The notes beneath the pieces were generated by a model, which was not told the origin of the DNA, ran no database searches, and saw only the letters and a list, made by a program, of their open reading frames with translations. A DNA stretch of 64,000 bases from Candidatus Polarisedimenticolia bacterium (lineage in GTDB: Bacteria > Acidobacteriota > Polarisedimenticolia > Gp22-AA2): assembly GCA_036001465.1 (NCBI GenBank), contig DASYUH010000040.1, forward strand, positions 11,466 to 75,465, read 5' to 3'. Both the position numbers and the translations under genes were made by a program. This document shows, in pieces, positions 22,117-31,201 of the stretch; within the stretch, counting starts at the first letter, position 1, and every line of letters begins with the position of its first letter.

Positions 22117-22560
22117 TCAGGCGCGGGCCGGAATCGTCCGTGCCTCGAACTCCTCGATGGCCGCCCGCAGCTCTGTATCGAGCGGCCGGGTCTTCCTGAG
22201 GGCATAGTCGTAGAGGGCCTGCACCGTCCGGCCCTCCGCCACCACCCGACCGGACGGCTCGTCCCTGAGCCGGTACTCGAAGGTGAACGAGGATCGTCCG
22301 AACGTCCCGACGCGGATGTCGCAGACCAGCGCGTCCTCGACCGTGGCCGGGCTCCTGAAATCGCATTCGGCCCGCGCCAGGATGTAATCCAGGGCCCGCC
22401 GGGAGCGGATCGCCGGAACGGCCCGCCAGTACGCGATGCGGGCGTTCTCGAAATACGTGAAGAACACCGCGTTGTTGACGTGTCCCATGCTGTCCATGTC
22501 GCGGAAGCGCACCTCGATCGGCACCGTCAGCGGGTACCCGTCCTCCGTCCGGGCGCTCAC
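22117..22560 (-). CDS. Acyl-CoA thioesterase (4HBT / YbgC-like hotdog fold)
   Basis: Motif FRDMDSMGHVNNAVFFTYFE. GTG start immediately after the SDR stop. Confidence 0.7.
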   Translation of the reverse strand: MSARTEDGYPLTVPIEVRFRDMDSMGHVNNAVFFTYFENARIAYWRAVPAIRSRRALDYILARAECDFRSPATVEDALVCDIRVGTFGRSSFTFEYRLRDEPSGRVVAEGRTVQALYDYALRKTRPLDTELRAAIEEFEARTIPARA

Positions 22561-23357
22561 CACATCGCCGCCCCGCCGTCGATGTTGATCGACTGGCCGG
22601 TGATGCCCGCGCCGGCGTCGGACGCCAGGAACAGGGCCAGGCGCGCGACTTCCGCCGGCGTGATGAAGCGGCCCAGCGGCACGCGCGACTCCGCCCGGCG
22701 GCGGAACTCTTCCGGAGGGACCCCCTCCCCGGCGGCGCCGTCCCTGATTCCCTGTGCCGCCATGTCGGTGTCGACCCAGCCGGGGCACAGGGCGTTGACC
22801 GTGATCTGCCGCGGGGCCAGCTCGAGCGCCAGGGCCCTGGTGAAGCCGATCACCCCGTGCTTGCTGGCGCAGTAGGCGGCGTAACCCGGCACACCGAACT
22901 TGCCCAGTACGGACGACAGGTTCAGGACGCGGCCGCCGCCTCCCGTCGGCATGTGGCGCACCGCCTCGCGCGTGCAATAGTAGAGTCCGGTCAGGTTGGT
23001 GGCGAGAATCTCCTGCCACTTCGCCTCGATCCGATCGTCCATCCCCGGCTCGTCCGCCGGGGCCAGCGGCGTGGTGCCCGACACGCCGGCGTTGTTGACC
23101 AGGATGTCGACGTGGTCCCAGACCTCGACGACGTTGCCGATCATCACCTCGACCTCGTCCTTGTCCTTGACGTCGCAGCGGAACGGCACGATGCGGTGGT
23201 CGCCCGTGTTCAGCTCCGCGGTCAGCGCCTGGAGGTTCTTCGTGTTGCGGGAGGCGATGGCGACGCGCGCCCCTTCCCGGTAGAACAGCTCCGCGATCGC
23301 CCGCCCGATACCGCGGCCGCCGCCGGTCACGACCGCGACCCGACCCTGAAGCACCAT
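22557..23357 (-). CDS. SDR family oxidoreductase (FabG-like)
   Basis: TGGGRGIGRAIA Rossmann motif, catalytic YxxxK (YCASK) and NNAG. Confidence 0.9.
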   Translation of the reverse strand: MVLQGRVAVVTGGGRGIGRAIAELFYREGARVAIASRNTKNLQALTAELNTGDHRIVPFRCDVKDKDEVEVMIGNVVEVWDHVDILVNNAGVSGTTPLAPADEPGMDDRIEAKWQEILATNLTGLYYCTREAVRHMPTGGGGRVLNLSSVLGKFGVPGYAAYCASKHGVIGFTRALALELAPRQITVNALCPGWVDTDMAAQGIRDGAAGEGVPPEEFRRRAESRVPLGRFITPAEVARLALFLASDAGAGITGQSINIDGGAAMW

Positions 23358-23375
23358 CCTGTCCTCCTTGGGAGC

Positions 23376-24164
23376 CTAGGCCGGCCGCATGGCCCGCCAG
23401 ATCAGGCTCCGGCGCTCGAATTTCAGGAGGCCGTCCTCCCGAAAGACCCGGAGCCCGCACCGTTCGTTTCCAACCGCCGCCTCCATCATCAGGCGTGCCC
23501 GGTCCCGTTTCTCCCGGGCCGGGAACGCACGGTCGATCCATTCCTCGAAATCGATCACGAACGCCAGGGGCGCCGACTCGAAACCGATGAGCCCCGCCCC
23601 GGCGGCCAGGTCCGCGAATTCCCCGAGGGTGAGCGTCCTGACGTGCGAGACGTCCCGCAGACGCTCGATGGTCTCGTAGTAGTCGCGCGCCTGCGGCTCG
23701 TCCGGGGCGCACATGTCCTCGACGATCGCCCGGCCCCCGGGGCGCAGCACGCGCGCGATCTCCCGGAGCACCGCCCGGGGATCGGTGAAATGGTGGCATG
23801 CGTTGCGGCAGACCGCCAGGTCGAAGGCGGACCCCGCGAAGGGCAGCCGCTCGACGTTGCCCTGCACGTAGCATCCCCCGCGCTGCACCGCCTCGCGGAT
23901 CATCTCCCGGGTCAGGTCGATGCCCGCGGCCAGGAGTCCGGCGCGCTCCAGGGCGCCGGTGACGATCCCCGGCCCGCACGCGACGTCGAGGGCCCGCTCC
24001 CCCGGCCGCGGCCCCACGAAGTCGACGAGCCGCGACAGCCGCAACGGGTCGGTCTGCAGCGGGCTCTTCGAGTAGGCCTGCGCCTGGCGCGCGAACGCGC
24101 TCTGCGCCGTGGACGGACCGATCGTCCGTGACTTTTCGTCGTCCACCTGTCCCTCCTCGAGCAT
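23376..24164 (-). CDS. Class I SAM-dependent methyltransferase
   Basis: Motif I LDVACGPGIV and motif post-I LLAAGIDL. Start at MLEEGQ (ATG 24164). Confidence 0.8.
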   Translation of the reverse strand: MLEEGQVDDEKSRTIGPSTAQSAFARQAQAYSKSPLQTDPLRLSRLVDFVGPRPGERALDVACGPGIVTGALERAGLLAAGIDLTREMIREAVQRGGCYVQGNVERLPFAGSAFDLAVCRNACHHFTDPRAVLREIARVLRPGGRAIVEDMCAPDEPQARDYYETIERLRDVSHVRTLTLGEFADLAAGAGLIGFESAPLAFVIDFEEWIDRAFPAREKRDRARLMMEAAVGNERCGLRVFREDGLLKFERRSLIWRAMRPA

Positions 24165-24225
24165 TCTAACCCCAGACCTCCGGGCGTCGCCGGCACGGCC
24201 TGGCATGCTATACTTTTTTCTTCCT

Positions 24226-24900
24226 ATGGACAGAACCTCGATGGGACGGCTTCTCGGCACGCTTCTGATCCTCCTCCCGACCGCCCTCGTCGCGGCGGGG
24301 GATCCGCCTGCTCCTCCACCCGCCACGAAGACCGGGGCGGGAGAGGGACCGGCCGCCGCCCCCGGGGCGGATGAAACACTGACGGTCGAGCTGCACTCCG
24401 GGATCCCCGGCATGGCGTTCATCGGCCAGTCGCTCGACGATCTCCTGAAGAAGTTTCCCGGCGCCGACGTCACGGCGTTCGCCGGGCAGGATGACGCGGT
24501 CACCGTGAAGGTGCCGGCCGTCGGGATCTCCTGTATCGCCGTCGGCGCTCCCGACAGCCTGAAGGTCGCGTCGGTGGGCTTCAACCTGGAAGGGGCGTAC
24601 GAGGGGATGAGCGAGGGACATTTCAGGACAGGCAAGGGGATCGGCAAGGGCTCGACGGTCAACGACCTGCTCGAGGCCTACGGTCCGCCCATCGATCTGA
24701 TGTCGGCCCGCCCTCGCGGCGTGGCGCCCCGGGCGGACGCGAACGTGGATCCGTCCGTGCCGCGCAAGTATCAGTACGTCAACGAGAGCGGCTCGGTCCG
24801 GACCTATTTCTCGGTGGAGAACTACCGCGTGACCCGGATCGTGGTCAACGAGCTCGCGCCGCTGGAACGGCACCTGCTCAAGGGGCGCCCGAAGAACTGA
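24226..24900 (+). CDS. Hypothetical secreted protein
   Basis: Signal peptide MGRLLGTLLILLPTALVAAG followed by a Pro/Ala-rich linker. No recognised domain. Confidence 0.45.
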   Translation: MDRTSMGRLLGTLLILLPTALVAAGDPPAPPPATKTGAGEGPAAAPGADETLTVELHSGIPGMAFIGQSLDDLLKKFPGADVTAFAGQDDAVTVKVPAVGISCIAVGAPDSLKVASVGFNLEGAYEGMSEGHFRTGKGIGKGSTVNDLLEAYGPPIDLMSARPRGVAPRADANVDPSVPRKYQYVNESGSVRTYFSVENYRVTRIVVNELAPLERHLLKGRPKN

Positions 24901-26149
24901 CGTCATCGGCCCCCGGCCCCGGTGCGTTCCTCCCCAGGCCCTTCCAGAGCCAGAGACCCGACCCGGCAGTCGCCAGGATGGCCGCCGAGACCAGGTAGGG
25001 GTACGTGGGGTGGGGGCCATACAGCGACCCCGCCACGATCGGCCCCAGGATGCGACCGGCGGAGTCGAACGAATCCATGATCCCGATGGCGGCCCCCCGG
25101 CCGCGCGTCGTCCGCTTGGTGATGAGCGAGGCGTTGGTCGGCCGCATGACCTGGTTGCCGACACCGCTGATCAGCAGCGCCGCCGTCAAGCTGATGCGCC
25201 CCGACGCCGCGACCACGAGCAGAAAGCCGAGCGCGTTGACCAGGAGCCCCGCCAGCATCACGTTCTCCTCCCCCATCGCCTGGATGAGGCGACCCAGCAG
25301 GACCCCCTGCACCAGGAAGACGGCGGTCCCCATGAACAGGAACATCGTTCCCATGTCGTGCGCGCCGTAGCCGAAGCGCGCCTGGATGAACAGCGGGAAG
25401 ATGGACTCCAGCGCCGCCATGGCGAAGGTGACGAAGAACGCAACGAGATAGAACGGCAGGAGCGGGCTCCCCAGGGCGCGCAGCGGCCACGACCGGCGCG
25501 CCGCGGACTCGATGGAAATCGGCGTTTCGGCGAGGGCCTGCAGCACGGTGGTCACGCCGTCCGCCTCGGGCGCCGGACCGGCCGGGGTCGCCCGCGTCCC
25601 CAGGCTCTCGCGCAGGAGCACGGCGGCCAGCAGGCAGGTCAGCAGATTGAGCGCCGCGGCCGCCAGAAACGGCACACCGTGCCCGAAGCGCGACAGGATG
25701 CCGCCGAGGGCCGGCCCGAAGATGAACCCGAGCCCCATGGCCGCGCCGAGATATCCCATCCCTCGGCCGCGGCTCTTGTCGTCGGTCACGTCGGCGACGT
25801 AGGCCATGGCGGAGGGGAGCGCCGCCGAGGACATGAGACCCGACAGGGCGCGCGCGGCGTACAGCATGGGAAGCGTCGAGGAGATCCCGTACAGCGCCAG
25901 GCCGGCCGCGTTCCCCAGCAGGCCGAGGAGCAGGACCGGCTTGCGGCCTGTGCGATCGGACAGGCGCCCCCAGAACGGCGCGCAGAGAAACTGCATCAGG
26001 GAGTAGAGCGTGAACAGCAGGCTGATCTGGAACGAGGACGCGCGGAGCGCCTGGGCCTGGTAGGCGATATTGGGGATGATGATCCCGACGCCCAGCATGA
26101 GGAGGAACAGCGTCAGGAAGAGGACCGCGAGCGCCCGCCCGTTCAGCAC
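24878..26149 (-). CDS. MFS transporter (drug-efflux / TetA-like)
   Basis: 12 TM helices. MFS motif in GRLSDRTGRKPVLLLG. Confidence 0.85.
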   Translation of the reverse strand: MLNGRALAVLFLTLFLLMLGVGIIIPNIAYQAQALRASSFQISLLFTLYSLMQFLCAPFWGRLSDRTGRKPVLLLGLLGNAAGLALYGISSTLPMLYAARALSGLMSSAALPSAMAYVADVTDDKSRGRGMGYLGAAMGLGFIFGPALGGILSRFGHGVPFLAAAALNLLTCLLAAVLLRESLGTRATPAGPAPEADGVTTVLQALAETPISIESAARRSWPLRALGSPLLPFYLVAFFVTFAMAALESIFPLFIQARFGYGAHDMGTMFLFMGTAVFLVQGVLLGRLIQAMGEENVMLAGLLVNALGFLLVVAASGRISLTAALLISGVGNQVMRPTNASLITKRTTRGRGAAIGIMDSFDSAGRILGPIVAGSLYGPHPTYPYLVSAAILATAGSGLWLWKGLGRNAPGPGADDVSSSGAP

Positions 26150-26294
26150 GTCGTCTCCGTTTCACGCTTGAGAGCAGCCGATGATAGGGAGCGAGGTCCC
26201 GCCTGTCAATCGCGCCAGGAGCGTGTCCGGGCATTCGGTTGGGCGGCGTTCCGGGGTTGCCGGAGCGGCGCGCGGGCGGTAGACTCCGGCCCTC

Positions 26295-27434
26295 ATGCGG
26301 AGCCAATCCAGCGACGACGTCATCGTGGTGGGCGGCGGGATCATCGGCCTGTCGATCGCGCGCGAGGCGGCCCGATCCCGGCTGCGCGTCCGGCTGTTCG
26401 AGAAGGGGGAGATCGGTCGTGAGGCCTCGGCGGCGGCGGCCGGTCTTCTGGGCCCGCAGATCGGACTCGCGGGGGGCGATCCGCTGCAGGCCCTCGGCCT
26501 CGCCAGCCGGGATCTCTATCCCGGGTTCGCGCGCTCCATCGCCGCCGAGAGCGGTCTCGATCCCTGCCTGCTCGAGCGGGGGACCGTGCTCCTGCCCAGA
26601 GACGCCGGCGAGATCGAGGCGATCGACCGCCAGGCCGCCTTTCAGCACTCGATCGGGCTCCCCGCGGAGCGAGTGAGCGGCGAGGCCTTGCGGCGACTCG
26701 AGCCCTCCCTCCATCCCGGCCTGACGGAGGGTCTCTACCTGCCGCGCGACTGGAGCGTGGACAACGTCCTCCTCGTGCAGGGACTCGGCCGGGCGGCCGC
26801 GCGCGCCGGGGCCCGCCTCGTGGAGAGGACCCGGATCGATCGGCTCCTGGTCGAGGGGGGCCGCGTCGCGGGGGTCGGGGCGGGGGGCGAGACGTTCCAT
26901 GCCGGCACGGTCGTGATCGCCGCGGGCGCCTGGACGCAGGAGATCGGCGGCGACGGCGTTCCTCCTCTGGCATCCCACCCGGTGCGCGGCCAGATCGTCT
27001 GCCTGGGGCCGTCGGCGGCACCGGCGCGTCCGCTGTATGCCACGGCCTGCTACCTGGTGCCCCGGCAAGACGGGCGGATCCTGGTCGGCAGCACGATGGA
27101 ACGCGTCGGTTTCGAGAGGCGGGTCACGGCGGCGGGCGTGACCACACTGACGGCGGCGGCGATCGCCCTGGTCCCGGCCCTCCGGGAGGCGCCGTTTCAC
27201 TCCGCCTGGGCCGGCCTGCGTCCGGCCTGCGAGGACGATCTCCCGGCCATCGGCCGCGGCGGCGCGCCGGGGCTGATTTACGCCTGCGGCCACCTGCGGA
27301 ACGGCATCCTGCTGGCCCCGATCACGGCGCTCGTCGTCGGCCGGATCCTGCGCGGTGAGGATCCCGGGTTCGACCTCGCCCGCTTCGATCCGCGTCGCTT
27401 CACGGCCGCGGTGGGAGGACAGGAGGCCGGCTGA
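26295..27434 (+). CDS. thiO: Glycine oxidase ThiO-like FAD-dependent oxidoreductase
   Basis: DVIVVGGGIIGLSIA FAD motif and DAO-family length. The ThiO call is by family resemblance. Confidence 0.7.
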   Translation: MRSQSSDDVIVVGGGIIGLSIAREAARSRLRVRLFEKGEIGREASAAAAGLLGPQIGLAGGDPLQALGLASRDLYPGFARSIAAESGLDPCLLERGTVLLPRDAGEIEAIDRQAAFQHSIGLPAERVSGEALRRLEPSLHPGLTEGLYLPRDWSVDNVLLVQGLGRAAARAGARLVERTRIDRLLVEGGRVAGVGAGGETFHAGTVVIAAGAWTQEIGGDGVPPLASHPVRGQIVCLGPSAAPARPLYATACYLVPRQDGRILVGSTMERVGFERRVTAAGVTTLTAAAIALVPALREAPFHSAWAGLRPACEDDLPAIGRGGAPGLIYACGHLRNGILLAPITALVVGRILRGEDPGFDLARFDPRRFTAAVGGQEAG

Positions 27435-27462
27435 AGGCCGGTGACGGGACGCGCTTCCGCGA

Positions 27463-28599
27463 TCAGCGGCTCTGGCCGACCCGGCTGGCCTTGAGGCGCC
27501 GTTCGTGCTCGGCGAGGAAGTCCTTCTTGAGCCGCTCCACCATCTCGGGGCGCCGGTCGTACAGCCGCTTCAGCTTGCGCGGCTTCACGCGCGACAGCAC
27601 GTAGGCCGTGAGGAGCGGCCCGGCAATCGTGCTGTCGGCGTAGACCACCACCGAATCGGTGAGCCGGTCGGGATCGATCTTCCCCCAGGAGACCGCCTCG
27701 GACGGCGTGGCGCCGGACAGCCCGCCCGTGTCGGCCCGTGCGTCGGTGACCTGGATGAAGTAGTCGTGGCCGCGATCGGTCAGGCCGAGGATCTCCTGGA
27801 TCTGCGGCTCGGTCTGCAGGACGAAATTCTTCGGCGACCCGCCCCCGAGCATCAGGATGCCGCTCTTGCCGTCCCCCTGCTTCGCGGCGTACACGATGCC
27901 GGCCGTCTCGTTCACGTCGAGCGACACGTCGATGCGCGGTCCGGTCCCCCGCATGGCGAGCTCCGCGATGTTCATCCCGATTGAGGAATCGCCCGGCGAC
28001 GAGACGTAGCACGGCACCCCCGCGCGGTACGCGACGGTGAGGACGCAGGTGTCCTCCACGCCCATCTCCTTCTCGCGCGCCGCCAGGTACTTGCCGAGCA
28101 GGTAATGCAGCTCGGCGGTGGACATGTCCCTGGCGAACGGCTTCTCCGCCATGATGGCGCGCAGGTAATTGTCGGTGTCGAGCAGGACGTTGTAGTCGAA
28201 CAGGATGTCGTAGATGCGGATGATCCCCTCGCGGCGCAGGAGCGTGTCGTCCACGTCGTGCGCGCCCCGGTGCAGCGACATCCCGAGCCCGTAGTGCGTG
28301 TCGTGGTAAAGGTTCGCGCCGGTCGAGACGATCCAATCGATGAAGCCGGCCTTGATCAGCGGAATGATGCAGGAACGGCCGACGCCGGCCGGGGTCAGCG
28401 CGCCGGACAGGCTCAGGCCGACGGTGACGTCCTCGTCCAGCATCCTCTCGCTGAAGAGGCGGCAGGCTTTCTGAAGGCGCCCGCCGTTGTAGGCCAGAAA
28501 GGTCTCGTCGATCAGGCGATCGACGGGCATGCCGCTGCGGATCGGATCCGGATAGATTCTCTGGCCCGAAAGAAAGGTTTTCTTGTGAGCCATCCCCAT
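27463..28599 (-). CDS. Deoxyhypusine synthase-like protein
   Basis: DHS family similarity throughout ([15 protein letters not shown]). Start at MGMAHKK. Confidence 0.75.
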   Translation of the reverse strand: MGMAHKKTFLSGQRIYPDPIRSGMPVDRLIDETFLAYNGGRLQKACRLFSERMLDEDVTVGLSLSGALTPAGVGRSCIIPLIKAGFIDWIVSTGANLYHDTHYGLGMSLHRGAHDVDDTLLRREGIIRIYDILFDYNVLLDTDNYLRAIMAEKPFARDMSTAELHYLLGKYLAAREKEMGVEDTCVLTVAYRAGVPCYVSSPGDSSIGMNIAELAMRGTGPRIDVSLDVNETAGIVYAAKQGDGKSGILMLGGGSPKNFVLQTEPQIQEILGLTDRGHDYFIQVTDARADTGGLSGATPSEAVSWGKIDPDRLTDSVVVYADSTIAGPLLTAYVLSRVKPRKLKRLYDRRPEMVERLKKDFLAEHERRLKASRVGQSR

Positions 28600-28774
28600 C
28601 CTTGCTGTTCGGTGATCCAGAGCGAGAGAGCGGGTGTTGCGGAAGGATGATAGCACGCGCGAAAAGCGCCGCGCAATATCGGGAGGCGCGAGAGGGGCGT
28701 TTCCGCGCCGGGGCCGGCGGCGTTCCGCCGGCCGCGACTGGACGTCACCCGGAGCCGCGACGGCAGGGCTGCGA

Positions 28775-29098
28775 CTAACCCGAGAACGACGTGCCGCAGC
28801 CGCAGGTTGACTTGGCGTTCGGGTTGACGAAGGAGAACCCCGTGCCGCTGAGTCCGTCGCTGAAATCCAGGGTCGTCCCGTTGAGGAAGAGCGTGCTCTT
28901 GCTGTCCACGATGATGCGGACCCCCTTCTCTTCGTAGACCTTGTCCCCCTGCGCGGGGTCCTTCTCGAAGTTCAGCTTGTACGACATGCCGGAGCAGCCG
29001 CCTCCGACCACCGCGACCCTCAAACCGTGGCCGAGAAGCCCCTCCTTCTCCATGATCTTCCTGATCTGTTCCGCCGCCTTGTCCGTGACGTGAATCAT
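28775..29098 (-). CDS. iscA: Fe-S cluster insertion protein (HesB/IscA/ErpA family)
   Basis: 107 aa with the C-terminal CGCGTSF motif. Confidence 0.85.
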   Translation of the reverse strand: MIHVTDKAAEQIRKIMEKEGLLGHGLRVAVVGGGCSGMSYKLNFEKDPAQGDKVYEEKGVRIIVDSKSTLFLNGTTLDFSDGLSGTGFSFVNPNAKSTCGCGTSFSG

Positions 29099-29129
29099 CG
29101 TTCCTCCGTGTCTCCCTTGAGTCCGTTCA

Positions 29130-30329
29130 TCATGCCGATCCCCGCGCCTCGCCGCGCGCCTCGACGTACATCGGCGAGATGGATCGCAGCCGGCGCACCG
29201 CGCCGTCCACGCGCTCCACGACCTCGTCCACCTCCTCCCGGGTGTTGAAGCGTCCGAGACCGAAGCGGATGGAGGTGACCGCCTGCTCGTCCGTGCGGCC
29301 CATGGCCCGCAAGACATGCGACGGCTCCTTCTTCGCCGAGGTGCAGGCCGACCCGGACGACACGGCGATGCCGTCCAGGGCGGTCATCAGCGACTCCCCC
29401 TCGACGTGGGCGAAGCTGAGGTTGAGATTGTTCGGAAGCCGGTCGACCGGGTGGCCGTTCAGCAGGACATCGTCGAGCCGCCCGACGATCCCCTGGTGCA
29501 GCCGATCGCGCAGCGTCCGGATGCGCCGCGACTCCTCCGGCATCTCGGCGAGCGCGATCTCGGCCGCCGTGCCGAAGCCGACGATGCCCGGGACGTTGAG
29601 CGTCCCGGAGCGCAGGCCGCGCTCGTGTCCGCCTCCGAGCAGGATCGGCTCCAGGACCACGCGCGGGTTCTTGCGGCGCACATAGAGCGCGCCGACCCCC
29701 TTGGGGCCGTACACCTTGTGCGCCGACAGCGACAGGAGGTCGACGCCGGCCGCCTGCACGTCCACGGGAACCTTGCCCGCCGCCTGGGCCGCATCGCTGT
29801 GGAGCAGCACGCCCCTCTCCTTGCAGATGCGGCCGATCTCCTCGAGAGGATGCAGTGTGCCGACCTCGTTGTTGGCGAGCATCAGGGAGACCAGCACGGT
29901 GCGATCGCCGATCGCCCGGCGCAGGTCGTCCGGGTCGACCCGGCCGTGCTCGTCGACCGGCAGGACCGTCACCCGCGCGCCGCGGGTCCTGAGCCTCTCG
30001 ATCGGATCGAGCACCGCGTTGTGCTCGGTGGCCCCCGTGACGACGTGGTCGCCCCTGGCGCGCAGCGCCTCGAAGACTCCGAAAATCGCCAGGTTGTTCG
30101 ACTCGGTGGCCCCCGAGGTGAAGACGATCTCCTTCGGGTCGGCGCCGATCAGGCGGGCCAGCCGGGTGCGCGCCCGCGTCACCGCCTCTTCCGCGCGCCA
30201 CCCGAAGACGTGCGTGCGCGACGCGGCATTGCCGAACTCGCGATCGAAGAACGGCAGCATCGCCTCGACGACCCGCGGATCGACGCGCGTCGTCGCGTGG
30301 TTGTCCATGTACACCGCCATCCACGTCAT
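29130..30329 (-). CDS. iscS: Cysteine desulfurase
   Basis: PLP Lys in SLSAHKVYGPKG and catalytic Cys in SSGSACTS. ATGA overlap with the iscR stop. Confidence 0.9.
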   Translation of the reverse strand: MTWMAVYMDNHATTRVDPRVVEAMLPFFDREFGNAASRTHVFGWRAEEAVTRARTRLARLIGADPKEIVFTSGATESNNLAIFGVFEALRARGDHVVTGATEHNAVLDPIERLRTRGARVTVLPVDEHGRVDPDDLRRAIGDRTVLVSLMLANNEVGTLHPLEEIGRICKERGVLLHSDAAQAAGKVPVDVQAAGVDLLSLSAHKVYGPKGVGALYVRRKNPRVVLEPILLGGGHERGLRSGTLNVPGIVGFGTAAEIALAEMPEESRRIRTLRDRLHQGIVGRLDDVLLNGHPVDRLPNNLNLSFAHVEGESLMTALDGIAVSSGSACTSAKKEPSHVLRAMGRTDEQAVTSIRFGLGRFNTREEVDEVVERVDGAVRRLRSISPMYVEARGEARGSA

Positions 30330-30745
30330 GTGCCGGACTCCTTGAGGGCGTCCAGGTCGCGGAGCGTCGTCCGACCCAGCACCTCGGCGATCTTCTTCTG
30401 CACCTCCAGGACCGGGCGGCCCCCGTCGCACCACCCTGCCCGGCGGCACTGCGCCGACGACTCGTGCGGGCAGCGGCTCCAGACCGGCCCCTCGATCGCC
30501 TCGATGATCTCCCGGATGGTGATGTCGGCCGGCGGCCGGGCGATCTGGTATCCCCCCTTGATGCCGTGATGCGAGGCGACCAGTCCCTTGCGCGCCAGTC
30601 TCTGGAGCAGCTTGGCCATCACGGCCGGCGGGACGCTGTAGCGTGCCGCGATCTCCCGCGCGCTCCGGTACGCTCCCGGCGGCGCCGCGCACAGGTGCTG
30701 AATCGCCAGGAATCCATAATCGGTGCGCCGGGACAGCTTGATCAA
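30326..30745 (-). CDS. iscR: Rrf2-family transcriptional regulator IscR
   Basis: Rrf2 HTH (MIKLSRRTDYGFLAI) and three Cys (SRCPHESSAQCRRAGWC). Confidence 0.85.
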   Translation of the reverse strand: MIKLSRRTDYGFLAIQHLCAAPPGAYRSAREIAARYSVPPAVMAKLLQRLARKGLVASHHGIKGGYQIARPPADITIREIIEAIEGPVWSRCPHESSAQCRRAGWCDGGRPVLEVQKKIAEVLGRTTLRDLDALKESGT

Positions 30746-30846
30746 GATCGCCTCTCAGCTGAGCCGCGCCCGCCCTTGGACGCGCTCAAGAATCGAGAAC
30801 ATATCCGACATGTATCGTCGTATATTACGTGGCGCTGAAAGGCCTG

Positions 30847-31104
30847 TCAAGCGCGGAGCGGCGGGGCGGGCGGGGCAGGCGCGTCGCGCTGAATCCTGCG
30901 GCTCTTGAGGTTCCGGAAGGCCGCATCCTGGTGGACAGGATAGGCCGCGCCCAGGTCAACCCAAAGCTTGAGGACTGTACCCTTGGCCGCGCCCGTCATT
31001 CGGCAGGTCGCCCGGATGGAGTTCCCTTCAATAGCGTCGCGACTACCTGAGCCCTCTTCTCTCTTGTCAGCTTGTTCATGCACTAAGCATGCTTGAGCTG
31101 TCAA
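30847..31104 (-). pseudogene. Possible remnant of a transposase/recombinase HTH (85-codon ORF) at the left edge of the low-GC islet
   Basis: NSIRATCRMTGAAKGTVLKLWVDLG resembles transposase N-terminal HTH segments. No catalytic domain follows. Speculative. Confidence 0.25.
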
Positions 31105-31138
31105 GGAAAGTCAAGCAGCATTTGTAGCGAAATATCAT

Positions 31139-31167
31139 TTGACTTCCTACTTTGTATTGAATAGTAT
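31139..31167 (+). promoter_or_regulatory. Sigma70-like promoter TTGACT-N17-TAGTAT upstream of the Fic gene
   Basis: TTGACT at 31139-31144, 17 nt spacer, TAGTAT at 31162-31167. AAGGGA SD lies 9 nt before the ATG at 31202. Sits in an AT-rich intergenic region. Confidence 0.55.
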
Positions 31168-31201
31168 CACTACGAAATATCTATTTAAGGGATATAACGC
31201 T

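Noticed and set aside
26150-26294. Possible TPP riboswitch upstream of thiO.
   Set aside because: The conserved cores (CUGAGA...ACCUGAUCUGGAUAAUGCCAGCG) are not recognisable. Only a weak cttgagag is present.
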